NCBI GenBank assembly: GCA_963674735.2 | Contig: CAXXQS010000002.1 | Span: forward strand, 1,568,001-1,632,000 | Direction: 5' to 3' | Source of the DNA: Myxococcota bacterium | GTDB lineage: Bacteria > Myxococcota_A > SURF-8 | DNA: 64,000 nt | Shown: one piece after another, positions 48,646 to 57,739 of the stretch | Layout of the letters: every line of letters starts with the position of its first letter | Position numbering within the stretch: position 1 is the first letter of the stretch | The notes under the pieces: model-generated | What the model saw: the letters and a program-made list of their open reading frames with translations, nothing else | What the model was told of the DNA's origin: nothing | The model's database searches: none | Translations under genes and position numbers: made by a program

Positions 48646-49110
48646 TCAGCGCTGGGTGGCTTGCTGCTTGAGTGCATTGAGGGCCTCGACCCAGCGCGGG
48701 AGTTCGGGGACATACCAGGCCAGGCTGTCTTCCCGACCGTTTTCATCATCGAACACAACTTTCAGGAGTGGTTTGAGGATGCTGCGGCCTTTGAACGATC
48801 GGGGTGTTTCGATGTCGCGAATGTGCGTAACCGGGATGGTGTAGGTGAACTTCCCGGCAAGCATGCGGAAATAAAGCTCGGTGCGGGTGAGTGCCAAGAT
48901 ACCGTTGCCGCGCAATTGGACAAGGCCTCTCGACTGTTGGCCGAAGAAGTTGGCGCGGTCGGTCACGCCCAGCAGCTCCCGACCGTCGAAATGCGCCAGC
49001 ACCTCCGCCGCACGTCGGGTTTTCAACCGGTGGTACAGAAACGGAGTGACGATCACCGGCGTCAGCAACAGCAGAATGATCGCCACGACTCCAAACGATA
49101 GGTGTTCCAT
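48646..49110 (-). CDS. Single-pass membrane protein with PH/GRAM-like domain (hypothetical)
   Basis: N-terminal TM; beta-rich GNGILALTRTELYF...IP...I..IE pattern and C-terminal W-containing helix. Confidence 0.6.
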   Translation of the reverse strand: MEHLSFGVVAIILLLLTPVIVTPFLYHRLKTRRAAEVLAHFDGRELLGVTDRANFFGQQSRGLVQLRGNGILALTRTELYFRMLAGKFTYTIPVTHIRDIETPRSFKGRSILKPLLKVVFDDENGREDSLAWYVPELPRWVEALNALKQQATQR

Positions 49111-49120
49111 CGGATCGACC

Positions 49121-49432
49121 TTATTCGGTTTTCAGGGTTTCGCCGAGGGCGGCTTCGACCGAAGATATTTTGCCCGATAAGCGTTGGGAGAAGCCTCTGC
49201 GGTCGTCGATTTTAATTGATGTGCTGACCCGTTCGGATTGGGACGCCATGTTGAGATGGACTTGTTTGATCAGCTCGAACACGGCTTCGCTGTCGCCTTC
49301 GACAAGGGTGCCCATGGCCGTCAGGCGGTAATCCAAGCCGGATTCCTTGACGATCTTCAAAGACTGCGCCACGTATTTCGAAAAGCCTTCCTGTGTTTTG
49401 TCGATAGGCGTAACCGAAAATTCTGCCAGCAT
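49121..49432 (-). CDS. MTH1187/YkoF-family thiamine-binding protein
   Basis: MLAEFSVTP, SGLDYRLTAMGTLVEGD, RVSTSIKIDDR. Confidence 0.9.
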   Translation of the reverse strand: MLAEFSVTPIDKTQEGFSKYVAQSLKIVKESGLDYRLTAMGTLVEGDSEAVFELIKQVHLNMASQSERVSTSIKIDDRRGFSQRLSGKISSVEAALGETLKTE

Positions 49433-49502
49433 GTCGGCCTCCGTTCGCTTGAGAGCTTGCTCTCATCATAACAGTTTCGTCGTAACCGGCAAGCCCGGAA
49501 CG

Positions 49503-49531
49503 AAAAATCCCCTTCCGGGTGGGAAGGGGAT
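49503..49531 (-). terminator. Rho-independent terminator after the metallophosphoesterase lipoprotein gene
   Basis: Minus strand atccccttcc...ggaaggggat followed by a T run. Confidence 0.75.
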
Positions 49532-49559
49532 CGTCGGTTCAGTAGGTTGAATAGGCGGG

Positions 49560-51290
49560 TCAGGGTGTGGCTTCGGCCCAAACGGACAGCGCCCGCACGG
49601 TTTCGTCGGCCGTGGCCGATTCCAAAACATCGGCGAAGCCATCGGGTACCGGGAAGATCATTTCCACGTTGCGCGCGATCGAAACACCGGGTCCGCCTTC
49701 GCCCCATCCGGCCTGAACGTCGATCAGCGACAGACGACGGCCTTCGTAGGATAGCGAATCGGGTGTTCCCTGGTGGTCGGTTACGATCGTGAAAACCGAC
49801 AGCGTGCCGTTGCCGTTATCCACGATTTCGTAAAGACGGAATTGTTGGGGCCAATCGAGCAGCGAGGACGCCTGGATCTCGAAATACCCCCCCGTGCCGC
49901 CGTCCGCGACGTGCGCATCGAGGGTGTTTTCGTGGCTGTGACCGATGCAATGAATCAGGACGTTGGGATAGCTCGACAGGGTGTCGGTCAGTTCGGCAGT
50001 CGTGATGAAGCGGTCTGGGAAACCGTCGTCCTGGAGTTTCCAGCTCGGATGGTGGCCCACCACGACGACGAATTTTTTGTCGGATAGCGCGCGGTCGAGT
50101 TCGGGGACCAGGAAGCTATCGTGCTGCACGATGTCGATGACCGGATCGACGTAAGTGAAGGACTGTCCCTCGAAGCCTTCGGGACGATAGGCGGTGTCGA
50201 GGACGATGAAGCGCACCAGCTCGGAGGCATCGTAGGTGTAATAACCCTGGTCGTTGTCGACGTTGTCCTGGTCAAAGCCGTGTTCGCCGTTATCGACGAC
50301 CGCTTGCATGAATTCGTCGTGATAAAGCGGTTCACGGTTTTCATCGGCGGGGATGGTTCCGTTGATGACTTCGAAGGTCGCACCGTCGCGGGTGCCGCCA
50401 TTGGTGGCGTCGCTGATGCCGGAAGCCTTATTGTTTTCGCTGACCGGACTGTTGCCGAGGATGAGTTCATCGTGGTTACCCATGGCTATAATCCAGGGGA
50501 AATCCAGACCTTCGGCGGTGAAAGAGTCCTGTGGATCGTTGCCGGGACCCTCGATGGGATCGTCGTCCAGGCCCGAATCGGGGTCGACGGTTCCGCCGTT
50601 CAAGACGCCCATGAAATTGCTTAACTCGTTGAACTGGGCGTTATCGGTGCTGTCACCACTGAAAACGGCCAGATCGATCGCGGCGGCGGCGTGGAGGCGA
50701 TTCATGGTATGCACGGTCGCATCCAGGATGAGCTCGGAGTACATATCCATGGGACGCAGGGCCGACGGAATGGCCGGGGTATCGAAGCTGCCCAGACGGT
50801 TGGGCGATTCTTCGTCGGTGATGTGCACATCGCTTAGATGCGCCCAACTGAACAGCGACCGGCGTTCGCCGGGTTCGCCGCGCAAGACCCCCAGTCCTTC
50901 GTTGAGAGTGACGCTTTCGCCTTCGAGTTCTTCCATCTCGCCCATCCCGGCGTTATGGAATGCCTCCATCAACGGGTAGGCCGTAGCCGGGTTTTGGCAA
51001 TAATCTTCATCTTCGGCGTCGACGCATTCCCCGCCGTTCTCGTCGAGTGTCGGCGTGAGGCGGACACTCAATGTCGTGGTTACGGGCGGCTCCGGCTCGT
51101 CGCCGTCGGGTTCGTCGCCGTCGGGCTCGTCGCCGTCTGGGGTGTCGCCGTCGGGCGTGTCGCCGTCGGGGGTGTCGCCATCGGGCGTGTCGCCATCGGG
51201 CGAGCCGGTATCATCCGAGCCACCGCAGGCGACCAGAAGAGAAAAAGCCAGCAACATCAAAACCATGAAACGGAGTGAATGGGTATACAT
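49560..51290 (-). CDS. Calcineurin-like metallophosphoesterase lipoprotein
   Basis: Lipobox LVAC; HLSDVHITDEESP, SGDSTDN, MGNHDE, GHH, GHSH, SLLDWPQQFR. Confidence 0.87.
   Translation of the reverse strand: MYTHSLRFMVLMLLAFSLLVACGGSDDTGSPDGDTPDGDTPDGDTPDGDTPDGDEPDGDEPDGDEPEPPVTTTLSVRLTPTLDENGGECVDAEDEDYCQNPATAYPLMEAFHNAGMGEMEELEGESVTLNEGLGVLRGEPGERRSLFSWAHLSDVHITDEESPNRLGSFDTPAIPSALRPMDMYSELILDATVHTMNRLHAAAAIDLAVFSGDSTDNAQFNELSNFMGVLNGGTVDPDSGLDDDPIEGPGNDPQDSFTAEGLDFPWIIAMGNHDELILGNSPVSENNKASGISDATNGGTRDGATFEVINGTIPADENREPLYHDEFMQAVVDNGEHGFDQDNVDNDQGYYTYDASELVRFIVLDTAYRPEGFEGQSFTYVDPVIDIVQHDSFLVPELDRALSDKKFVVVVGHHPSWKLQDDGFPDRFITTAELTDTLSSYPNVLIHCIGHSHENTLDAHVADGGTGGYFEIQASSLLDWPQQFRLYEIVDNGNGTLSVFTIVTDHQGTPDSLSYEGRRLSLIDVQAGWGEGGPGVSIARNVEMIFPVPDGFADVLESATADETVRALSVWAEATP
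51096..51200 (-). repeat. Seven tandem 15-bp units encoding PDGD(T/E)
   Basis: On +: ctcgtcgccgtcggg, ttcgtcgccgtcggg, ctcgtcgccgtctgg, ggtgtcgccgtcggg, cgtgtcgccgtcggg, ggtgtcgccatcggg, cgtgtcgccatcggg. Confidence 0.93.
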
Positions 51291-51410
51291 CGAACGACTC
51301 CTTGAATCTGGATACCAAACGAGACCGGACCCGTGGTCGGGTGGGAAATGTTAGAAATAAGTTAGCGAATGGTGAGTAGTTTGTAAAGGTTTTCTTGCAG
51401 GTCAGATAAT

Positions 51411-52250
51411 TCAGGCGGAGGTATTCGGCAGATCGCTGAAGCCTCGCTGACGGGCGACCTCGAACAGCAAGACGGTCGTGGCCATCGCGACGTTGAGCGA
51501 ATCGGCGACACCCGCCATGGGAATCCGGACTTTGTAATCGGCCTGCTCCATCCACAATTCGCTTAGGCCGTATTGCTCGGTGCCCAAAACGATGGCGCAG
51601 GGGACGGTCAGATCGACGTCCGTGTGGTATTGATCGGTGTGGGGAGTGGCGGCCAGTGTTCGGATCCCATGCGATTTCAGCCAGTTGAATGTCTCTTCGC
51701 TGGATGTTTCGACGACCGGCAACGAAAAAACCACCCCGGTGGAGGCACGGACCACGTTGGGGTTGTGAATGTCCGTGGTGCGGTCGCACACGATCACCGC
51801 ATCGGCTCCCACTGCATCGGCGCTACGCAGGATACTCCCGAGATTCCCCGGTTTTTCGATGGCTTCGGCCACCACCAGCAAGGGGTTGGGCGACAGCTTC
51901 AGGTCGTCTAAGGTCAGGTGCTTTTGCGGGGCCGTGGCGATCAACCCATCGGGGCGGTCGCGGTAACTGATTTTACGAAAAGGATCGGGAGTCAATTCGA
52001 AAAGCTGCGCGCCGGTTGCGGCGGCTTTGGCGATCAAGCTGTTCTCGTTCTCGCCTAAAAACAGCTTGGGACAGTAGTAAAGCGCATTGGGTTTGATTCC
52101 GGCGTCAAGAGCGCGGGATAACTCGCGATAACCCTCGATCAGGATCAGCCCGGCTTTGTCGCGATGCGGCCGACTGCGCAGGCGCACGAGGTCTTTGATG
52201 CGCGGATTCGTGTTACTGGTGATGGCGGTTGCGTGAAACGGTTCAGACAT
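51411..52250 (-). CDS. TrmH/SpoU-family RNA 2'-O-methyltransferase
   Basis: ITSNTNPRIK, EKPGNLGSILRSADA, VVRASTG, LGTEQYGLS, IPMAGVADSLNVA. Confidence 0.93.
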   Translation of the reverse strand: MSEPFHATAITSNTNPRIKDLVRLRSRPHRDKAGLILIEGYRELSRALDAGIKPNALYYCPKLFLGENENSLIAKAAATGAQLFELTPDPFRKISYRDRPDGLIATAPQKHLTLDDLKLSPNPLLVVAEAIEKPGNLGSILRSADAVGADAVIVCDRTTDIHNPNVVRASTGVVFSLPVVETSSEETFNWLKSHGIRTLAATPHTDQYHTDVDLTVPCAIVLGTEQYGLSELWMEQADYKVRIPMAGVADSLNVAMATTVLLFEVARQRGFSDLPNTSA

Positions 52251-53472
52251 TTGGAGTGGCCTTTGCGCGAGTCAGGGTCAAACGGGTGATTTCCGAGGGG
52301 ATGCCCAGACGCAGGGGCGGTCCCCAATAGCCGGTGCCGCGGCTGGTATAGACCCACAGCTTGTCGTGGCGGTGCAGACCGGAAACATAGGGTTGTTGCA
52401 AGCGAACGAGCAGGTTCCAGGGGATGAACTGCCCTCCATGGGTGTGGCCGGAAAGTTGCAGATCGAACCCCGCCTGGGCGGCGGCGAAACAGGAGCGCGG
52501 TTGGTGGGCGAGCAACAGCCGCAGGTCTGCCGGGGGCGCACCGGCCATCGCTTTTTGCGGGTCGGAACGATGGGCGTCTGAGAAACTGCCGCCGTTGTAG
52601 TCGGTTACGCCGCCTACCAACAGCCGCGCGCCGTTGTGTTCGATGATCCGGTGGCGATTGTTCAGCACCACGAAACCCAAACGTTCGGCTTCCGCAACCC
52701 AGGATTCAACATCCCAGTAATACTCGTGGTTTCCTGTCGAGAAGAAAGAACCGTGCCGCGCTTTAAGCTCGCTCAATGGTTCGAGATACGGGCGCAGGTC
52801 GGGGACGAAACCATCGATCAGGTCACCGGTGAAGGCAATCAGGTCGGGTTTGAGAGCATTGATATCGCGCACCACCTCCTCGACGAAAGAACGTTTGATG
52901 GTGGGTCCCACGTGCAGATCGGTGAATTGGACGATGCTGAAGCCTTCCAAGCTTGGCGGCAGGTTTGCGATGGGGATCTGAACGGCCTCGACGAACGGTC
53001 GTCGACGCGCCTCGGTGAAGCCGATGGTCGTCATCATGCCCGACGCACCTAAAACACCCAGACTCGCGCCGTTGGATAGAAACAAACGCCGTGACGGATT
53101 GGCAGGAGGCGGGTTCTGTCCGTCGGTCTTTCGTTGAAATCGGTGATGGAGACGGTGAATCAGGTGCACGGTCAGTCGAGCGACGTCCTGTGCGAGCAAC
53201 AGAAGCACCGTCAGCACCAGAAAGCCCATGGCGACATAGCCGACGTACGGAAAGACTTTGATTAGCGTGGGTTTATCCGGATCCGGCCAGAGGCGGTTCA
53301 CGTTGAATGCCATGAATTGCAGGGCGATCAGCGTTCCTAAGCCGGCCCATGCCAGACGCCGTGCGCGTCGCGATAGGGAAGACGTGCTGATCAGTCGTCG
53401 TCCGATATAGACGAACAACAGCAGGGAAATCGTCGCCAGGATGGAAAAGAAAATCAGCATTTTGATCATCAT
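52243..53472 (-). CDS. Membrane-bound metallophosphoesterase (YkuE/YaeI-like)
   Basis: N-terminal TMs, internal SRRLFL segment, TDLHVG, TGDLID, GNHEYY, LAHQP, SGHTHGGQ, SRGTGYWGPPLR; start uncertain. Confidence 0.88.
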   Translation of the reverse strand: MMIKMLIFFSILATISLLLFVYIGRRLISTSSLSRRARRLAWAGLGTLIALQFMAFNVNRLWPDPDKPTLIKVFPYVGYVAMGFLVLTVLLLLAQDVARLTVHLIHRLHHRFQRKTDGQNPPPANPSRRLFLSNGASLGVLGASGMMTTIGFTEARRRPFVEAVQIPIANLPPSLEGFSIVQFTDLHVGPTIKRSFVEEVVRDINALKPDLIAFTGDLIDGFVPDLRPYLEPLSELKARHGSFFSTGNHEYYWDVESWVAEAERLGFVVLNNRHRIIEHNGARLLVGGVTDYNGGSFSDAHRSDPQKAMAGAPPADLRLLLAHQPRSCFAAAQAGFDLQLSGHTHGGQFIPWNLLVRLQQPYVSGLHRHDKLWVYTSRGTGYWGPPLRLGIPSEITRLTLTRAKATPNV

Positions 53473-53765
53473 GGTTGGCTCACTTGCTGGTGTCCTCCAA
53501 TACCCCTTTCCCGTGCGGCTCCCGACCGTCACCAACAATAGATACACTAATCCCGCCGATTTTTCCATGTAATTGAAATTGGCTGGACTTTCATTCCTAT
53601 AGATGGTACGCAATATTTACGTTAGGTGTGTGTACAACGATGTTTTCGGCATAGTATGGACCCGTCGCTGGCACCTTTCGTCGCGTGTTCCGTTCGGTTG
53701 CCGAAAACCGCTGGCACACCCTCTAATCCGCAACGTAAACCTGCCTAGTTGAGTCGGAGGACGTC

Positions 53766-56129
53766 ATGATGTGTCGATTCCGTTGGATTGCCTTGGTCCT
53801 TCTGGTTTTCCTGGTGGCTCCTGCCGGGTGCGGCGACGACAAAGCCGTTTTCGAAAGCACCCTGTCCCCGGTTCATACCGATCTCACTCACATCAAAGAC
53901 TTCGAGGGACGCTACATGCACTTCCGCGGCGTGAACGTCGGCGGCAGTACCAAAGTCCCGGTTTTCCTGGTCGAACCACTCGAAAACGGTCGTGATTTCA
54001 CCTATGTGGGGCGCCCGTTCCCGCTGGATGATGCGGAGAAGTGGTTTGCCCAACTGCGTGACCTGGGTTTCAACTCCATCCGCCTGCTTTACATCTGGGA
54101 GGCCGTTTTTCCCGATAGTTATGAAGAGCCCGATACGGAATTCCTCGATTATTTCGAACGGATTATCGAACTGGCGGGCCAATACGGCATTTACGTGCTG
54201 ATCAACTGTCACGAAAACATGTGGAGCCGCCACCTGTGGGCCAATTACAACGAAGAGGCCGAGGGGACCAAAGGCGAAATCGATAACATGCTGTGGTCGC
54301 TTTTACCCGATCCCGACACCGGCAGCTACACCGACCGTGTCGCGGGCGACGGCGCGCCCCTGTGGGCGACGAAAGTCTGCCTGCCGGAGAAAACCTTCTA
54401 CGATGCCGAAACCAATCCCAACTGGGGCACCCATCATATCGTCGGCCGCATCAACGATCCCTTCGGGCAGGTCGGCTTGGAGATGCTGTTGGTGGAGTTG
54501 GTGAAGATGGGGCTGATTCAGTCGCCGGAAGATGTGGACACCGACGAGGAAATCGAGGCCTTCGCCAAAACATTGTCCGACAAGATCAAGGCGCATGCCC
54601 CGGAATCCTTCGATATCACCGAAACCACCGACATGCTGCCCTTCACCTTCTGGGGCACCAACAACGCCGTCAGCCTCGACATGGAGCGCTGCTACGCGCA
54701 GTTTTTCGCCGGGGACACGGTCTATCCCGATCGGCGCGTCGTCAAAAACGAGGATGGCGAATGGATCGCGGTCAACAAGGATACGCTCGACGACCCCGAT
54801 GAAGCGATGAACGTCAAGGACTTCCTGCAAAGCGGCTTCATCAATGCCTGGGTGGAGATCGCCAAACGGGCCAAGAAGCATCCCAATGTGATCGGCTACG
54901 ATCTCATGAACGAGCCGGTGTCGATCTTCCTTCTGATGACGGCTGCGGCCGCTTACTTCGACTTGGGTCTCGACAGCGCCATCGAGTCGGCCTTGACGGA
55001 TCTATTGCCGGAGGATGACCTCGGTAAAAACATCGCCCTCTTGATCGATATCTTCGAGTTGTTGCCCCCCACCACCGATGAAGAAACCCGCGCCAAATGG
55101 GGCTTCGAAGGGGCCAACCTGGGCGCGATGGCCGGGCTGAATATCGGCTTCGAGAAGAACTTCCTGCAACCGCTTTACGAGCGTTTGACGACCGCGATTC
55201 TGGAGGAAGATCCGGAAGCCAAAATCTGGTTGGAACCGGGTATCGGCGTCGAGTCGCTGCTCGGCAGCGGCGGGGGTTTGGGTGGTCAGTGGCAGCAGTA
55301 CATGACCGGCCTGGCTCCGCGTGCACAGTATGTGTATACGCCGCACTGGTATCCGGACATCTACCCCAATATCGGTTTCAATATGCCGCCGCGCACCTTC
55401 GCTCTCGATGAATACCGCTACCGCGATTATACGGCGATGTTGAAAGAAAAAGTGGACTGGGCGGCTTATGCGCTGGCCAATGTCCCGGCGGTCTTCGGTG
55501 AATTCGGCACGTACTGGAACTTCAAATACCTGAACGAAGACCCCGAGATTCCCGGCTGGAAGCAGTCGCGCATGAACGACTACGCGATTTCGGCCGAGGT
55601 GCTCGACAATTACTACGAAGGGTTCGAAGACCTGTTTTTGAGCAACATGGTGTGGTGCTTCACCGCCGATAACGATCCGATTTACGGCGATTGGTGGAAT
55701 CACGAAGACTTTTCCATCGTGGACGACCAGGGTCAGCCGCGCGGCGAAGAGGCTTATTCGCGACCGTACCCGCGTGCGTTGTCGGGCAAGCCGATCTCGA
55801 TGCATTTCTATTCGCCCCTGCACTATTTCGATCCCGACAAGGGCCAGCCCAACAAAGACCGCGAATTCGAACTGGTTTTCGCCAGTAAGGAAACCGACGC
55901 TCCCACGATTATTTTCGTCCCGCCCGCGCAGTATGCCGCCGGATTTTACGTCTGGCTTTCCGATGGCTGGGCCGCCTGGGACAACACCAACCATCGGCTG
56001 TATTACTACCCCGAAGCGGACGAACCGGAATGGGAACACACGGTCCGTATCCAGCCCCCCATCGAAGGGGAGGACATCGCGGGGTGGAACTACTTCATCA
56101 AGGGCGAAAACGTCGTGAGCCGTAACTGA
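53766..56129 (+). CDS. Glycoside hydrolase family 5 lipoprotein, endoglycoceramidase-related (GH5_12-like)
   Basis: Lipobox PAGC; RGVNVGGSTKVP, VGRPFPLDDA, RLLYIWEA, GDGAPLW, acid/base GYDLMNEP, nucleophile GEFG, GDWWNHEDFS, RPYPRALSGKP. Confidence 0.85.
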   Translation: MMCRFRWIALVLLVFLVAPAGCGDDKAVFESTLSPVHTDLTHIKDFEGRYMHFRGVNVGGSTKVPVFLVEPLENGRDFTYVGRPFPLDDAEKWFAQLRDLGFNSIRLLYIWEAVFPDSYEEPDTEFLDYFERIIELAGQYGIYVLINCHENMWSRHLWANYNEEAEGTKGEIDNMLWSLLPDPDTGSYTDRVAGDGAPLWATKVCLPEKTFYDAETNPNWGTHHIVGRINDPFGQVGLEMLLVELVKMGLIQSPEDVDTDEEIEAFAKTLSDKIKAHAPESFDITETTDMLPFTFWGTNNAVSLDMERCYAQFFAGDTVYPDRRVVKNEDGEWIAVNKDTLDDPDEAMNVKDFLQSGFINAWVEIAKRAKKHPNVIGYDLMNEPVSIFLLMTAAAAYFDLGLDSAIESALTDLLPEDDLGKNIALLIDIFELLPPTTDEETRAKWGFEGANLGAMAGLNIGFEKNFLQPLYERLTTAILEEDPEAKIWLEPGIGVESLLGSGGGLGGQWQQYMTGLAPRAQYVYTPHWYPDIYPNIGFNMPPRTFALDEYRYRDYTAMLKEKVDWAAYALANVPAVFGEFGTYWNFKYLNEDPEIPGWKQSRMNDYAISAEVLDNYYEGFEDLFLSNMVWCFTADNDPIYGDWWNHEDFSIVDDQGQPRGEEAYSRPYPRALSGKPISMHFYSPLHYFDPDKGQPNKDREFELVFASKETDAPTIIFVPPAQYAAGFYVWLSDGWAAWDNTNHRLYYYPEADEPEWEHTVRIQPPIEGEDIAGWNYFIKGENVVSRN

Positions 56130-56160
56130 GAGACGAACCGGAGGAAAGGGAGAAACGCCA

Positions 56161-57714
56161 ATGAAACGGGTATTGCATATCGTTTTGGCCATGTTGATTG
56201 TGGGGCTTCCGGTTTTCGCGTCCGCTCAGGAAGGCGAGACGGCGCCCGAAGGTGCGGCGGTCGGCGAGGCGGCCAAAGCCCCCGAACTCACTCCGCCCCC
56301 CATGCCGGTGACTCCCGTCGAACCGGCGGCGGAAGAGGAGACCGTAGAAGCGCCCCCGGTTGTGGAACCGCCCGCCGAGGCGCAGGAGCTGCCCATGGCT
56401 CCGCCGGTCGAGCCGGTGCAAGTGCGGGAAATGACGGAAGAAGAGAAGAGCGACGCGCTCAAGACTTTCGAAAAGATGGTGCATTTCAACGCCACGCTGC
56501 AGACGGTGTTGGTGTACCAGAACGACTACGACTACGATAACACGCCTCCCGCCTATAACCCCGACGGCCAATCCGTCGGCTTGCTGGGGACTTTCTTCAA
56601 GCCGCGTTTTCGCCTGGTGCCGATCGAAGAAGTGGAGATCGTTTACGAGGCGGAACTGGGCCTCAATCTGTGGGGCCGCAACGATCCCGACCAATACCTG
56701 GGCGGCGAAACCGACACGTTCCTTCTGGCCCATCGTGAATTGTATGCGCGGGGCGAATTCATGAATCGGTTGATCGGGTTCAAGGTCGGTTACCAGTATT
56801 TCACCGACCCGACCGAGTTGTTTATCGGCCATTGGATCGGGGCCATGAGCTTGACCAGTTCGCGCGAGTGGGCCGACTTCACCTTGAGTGTGGGTCAATT
56901 GCCCGACCAGACCGCCGAAGGGGTGACGCTCGACGAAAACAATTTCAAGCAGGATACGTTCGTTTACGGGATGCGGGTGGATGTTCCCATCGATAACTGG
57001 ATGATCATGATGGGGCTCTACGGTCTCAACGATTCGCAGGTGGTGAATCAGACATTGAATCTTTTCACCCCCAGCCTGCGTGTCAGCGCCGACTACGACT
57101 GGGTGCAGTTCGGCCTCGATCTGGCTTTCCAAACCGGTTCCACCGAGCGGGGCGCGGCTTTCGACGATGAGCGAACCACCGCCTGGGCTTTGCAGGCCTT
57201 CGCCGATTTCAAAATCGGCAACCTCTTCATTGAATTCAACGACCTGTTCCTTTCGGGGGACGACGATGTGGACCGCAACAAGACCAACAATGCCTTCTAT
57301 TACTCGGGTAAGAGTCGCAGTCGCACCCTGATTTTGTCGGAAGATCACATCCGTGATCGTGGCGACAACCTGGATGAGCGTCTGGCCGACCGCCGTGGAA
57401 AATTCTACCTGGTGCGTCCCGGCTATTCGCTGACCGACCTGACCATCGGCTACGATGTTTCGGGCTTTTTCGTCCCGGCCGTTACCGTCGGTGCGGGCTT
57501 CGGCATCAACAAAACCAACGCGCTCAACGCCAACCTGGTGGGTATCGAAACCGATCTGGACCTCGAATTCAAATACAAGGACGTCGTGAGCTTCCATCTG
57601 ATCGGGGCGATTCTGGCTCCGGGCGGCGTGGCGGCGGCGTATGTGAATTCCTACGACCGAACCGCCATCGAGTTGCAGTACATGTTCGAGAGCTCGCTGA
57701 GTGTGACTTTCTAA
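56161..57714 (+). CDS. Outer-membrane beta-barrel/porin with Pro/Glu-rich N-terminal linker
   Basis: Signal peptide (ASA-Q), PEAV-rich linker, amphipathic strands, GIETDLDLEFKY, C-terminal SLSVTF. Confidence 0.75.
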   Translation: MKRVLHIVLAMLIVGLPVFASAQEGETAPEGAAVGEAAKAPELTPPPMPVTPVEPAAEEETVEAPPVVEPPAEAQELPMAPPVEPVQVREMTEEEKSDALKTFEKMVHFNATLQTVLVYQNDYDYDNTPPAYNPDGQSVGLLGTFFKPRFRLVPIEEVEIVYEAELGLNLWGRNDPDQYLGGETDTFLLAHRELYARGEFMNRLIGFKVGYQYFTDPTELFIGHWIGAMSLTSSREWADFTLSVGQLPDQTAEGVTLDENNFKQDTFVYGMRVDVPIDNWMIMMGLYGLNDSQVVNQTLNLFTPSLRVSADYDWVQFGLDLAFQTGSTERGAAFDDERTTAWALQAFADFKIGNLFIEFNDLFLSGDDDVDRNKTNNAFYYSGKSRSRTLILSEDHIRDRGDNLDERLADRRGKFYLVRPGYSLTDLTIGYDVSGFFVPAVTVGAGFGINKTNALNANLVGIETDLDLEFKYKDVVSFHLIGAILAPGGVAAAYVNSYDRTAIELQYMFESSLSVTF

Positions 57715-57739
57715 TCGTCGAACGGGGAGGGCCTGGGAT

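Noticed and set aside
51096-51200. Tandem repeat as a CRISPR array or phase-variation tract
   Set aside because: 15-bp in-frame coding units with no spacers and no cas genes nearby.
53075-53100. SRRLFL twin-arginine-like motif inside the metallophosphoesterase, suggesting a separate Tat protein
   Set aside because: It is internal and in frame after the TM helices, as often seen in this family; no evidence for a second start.
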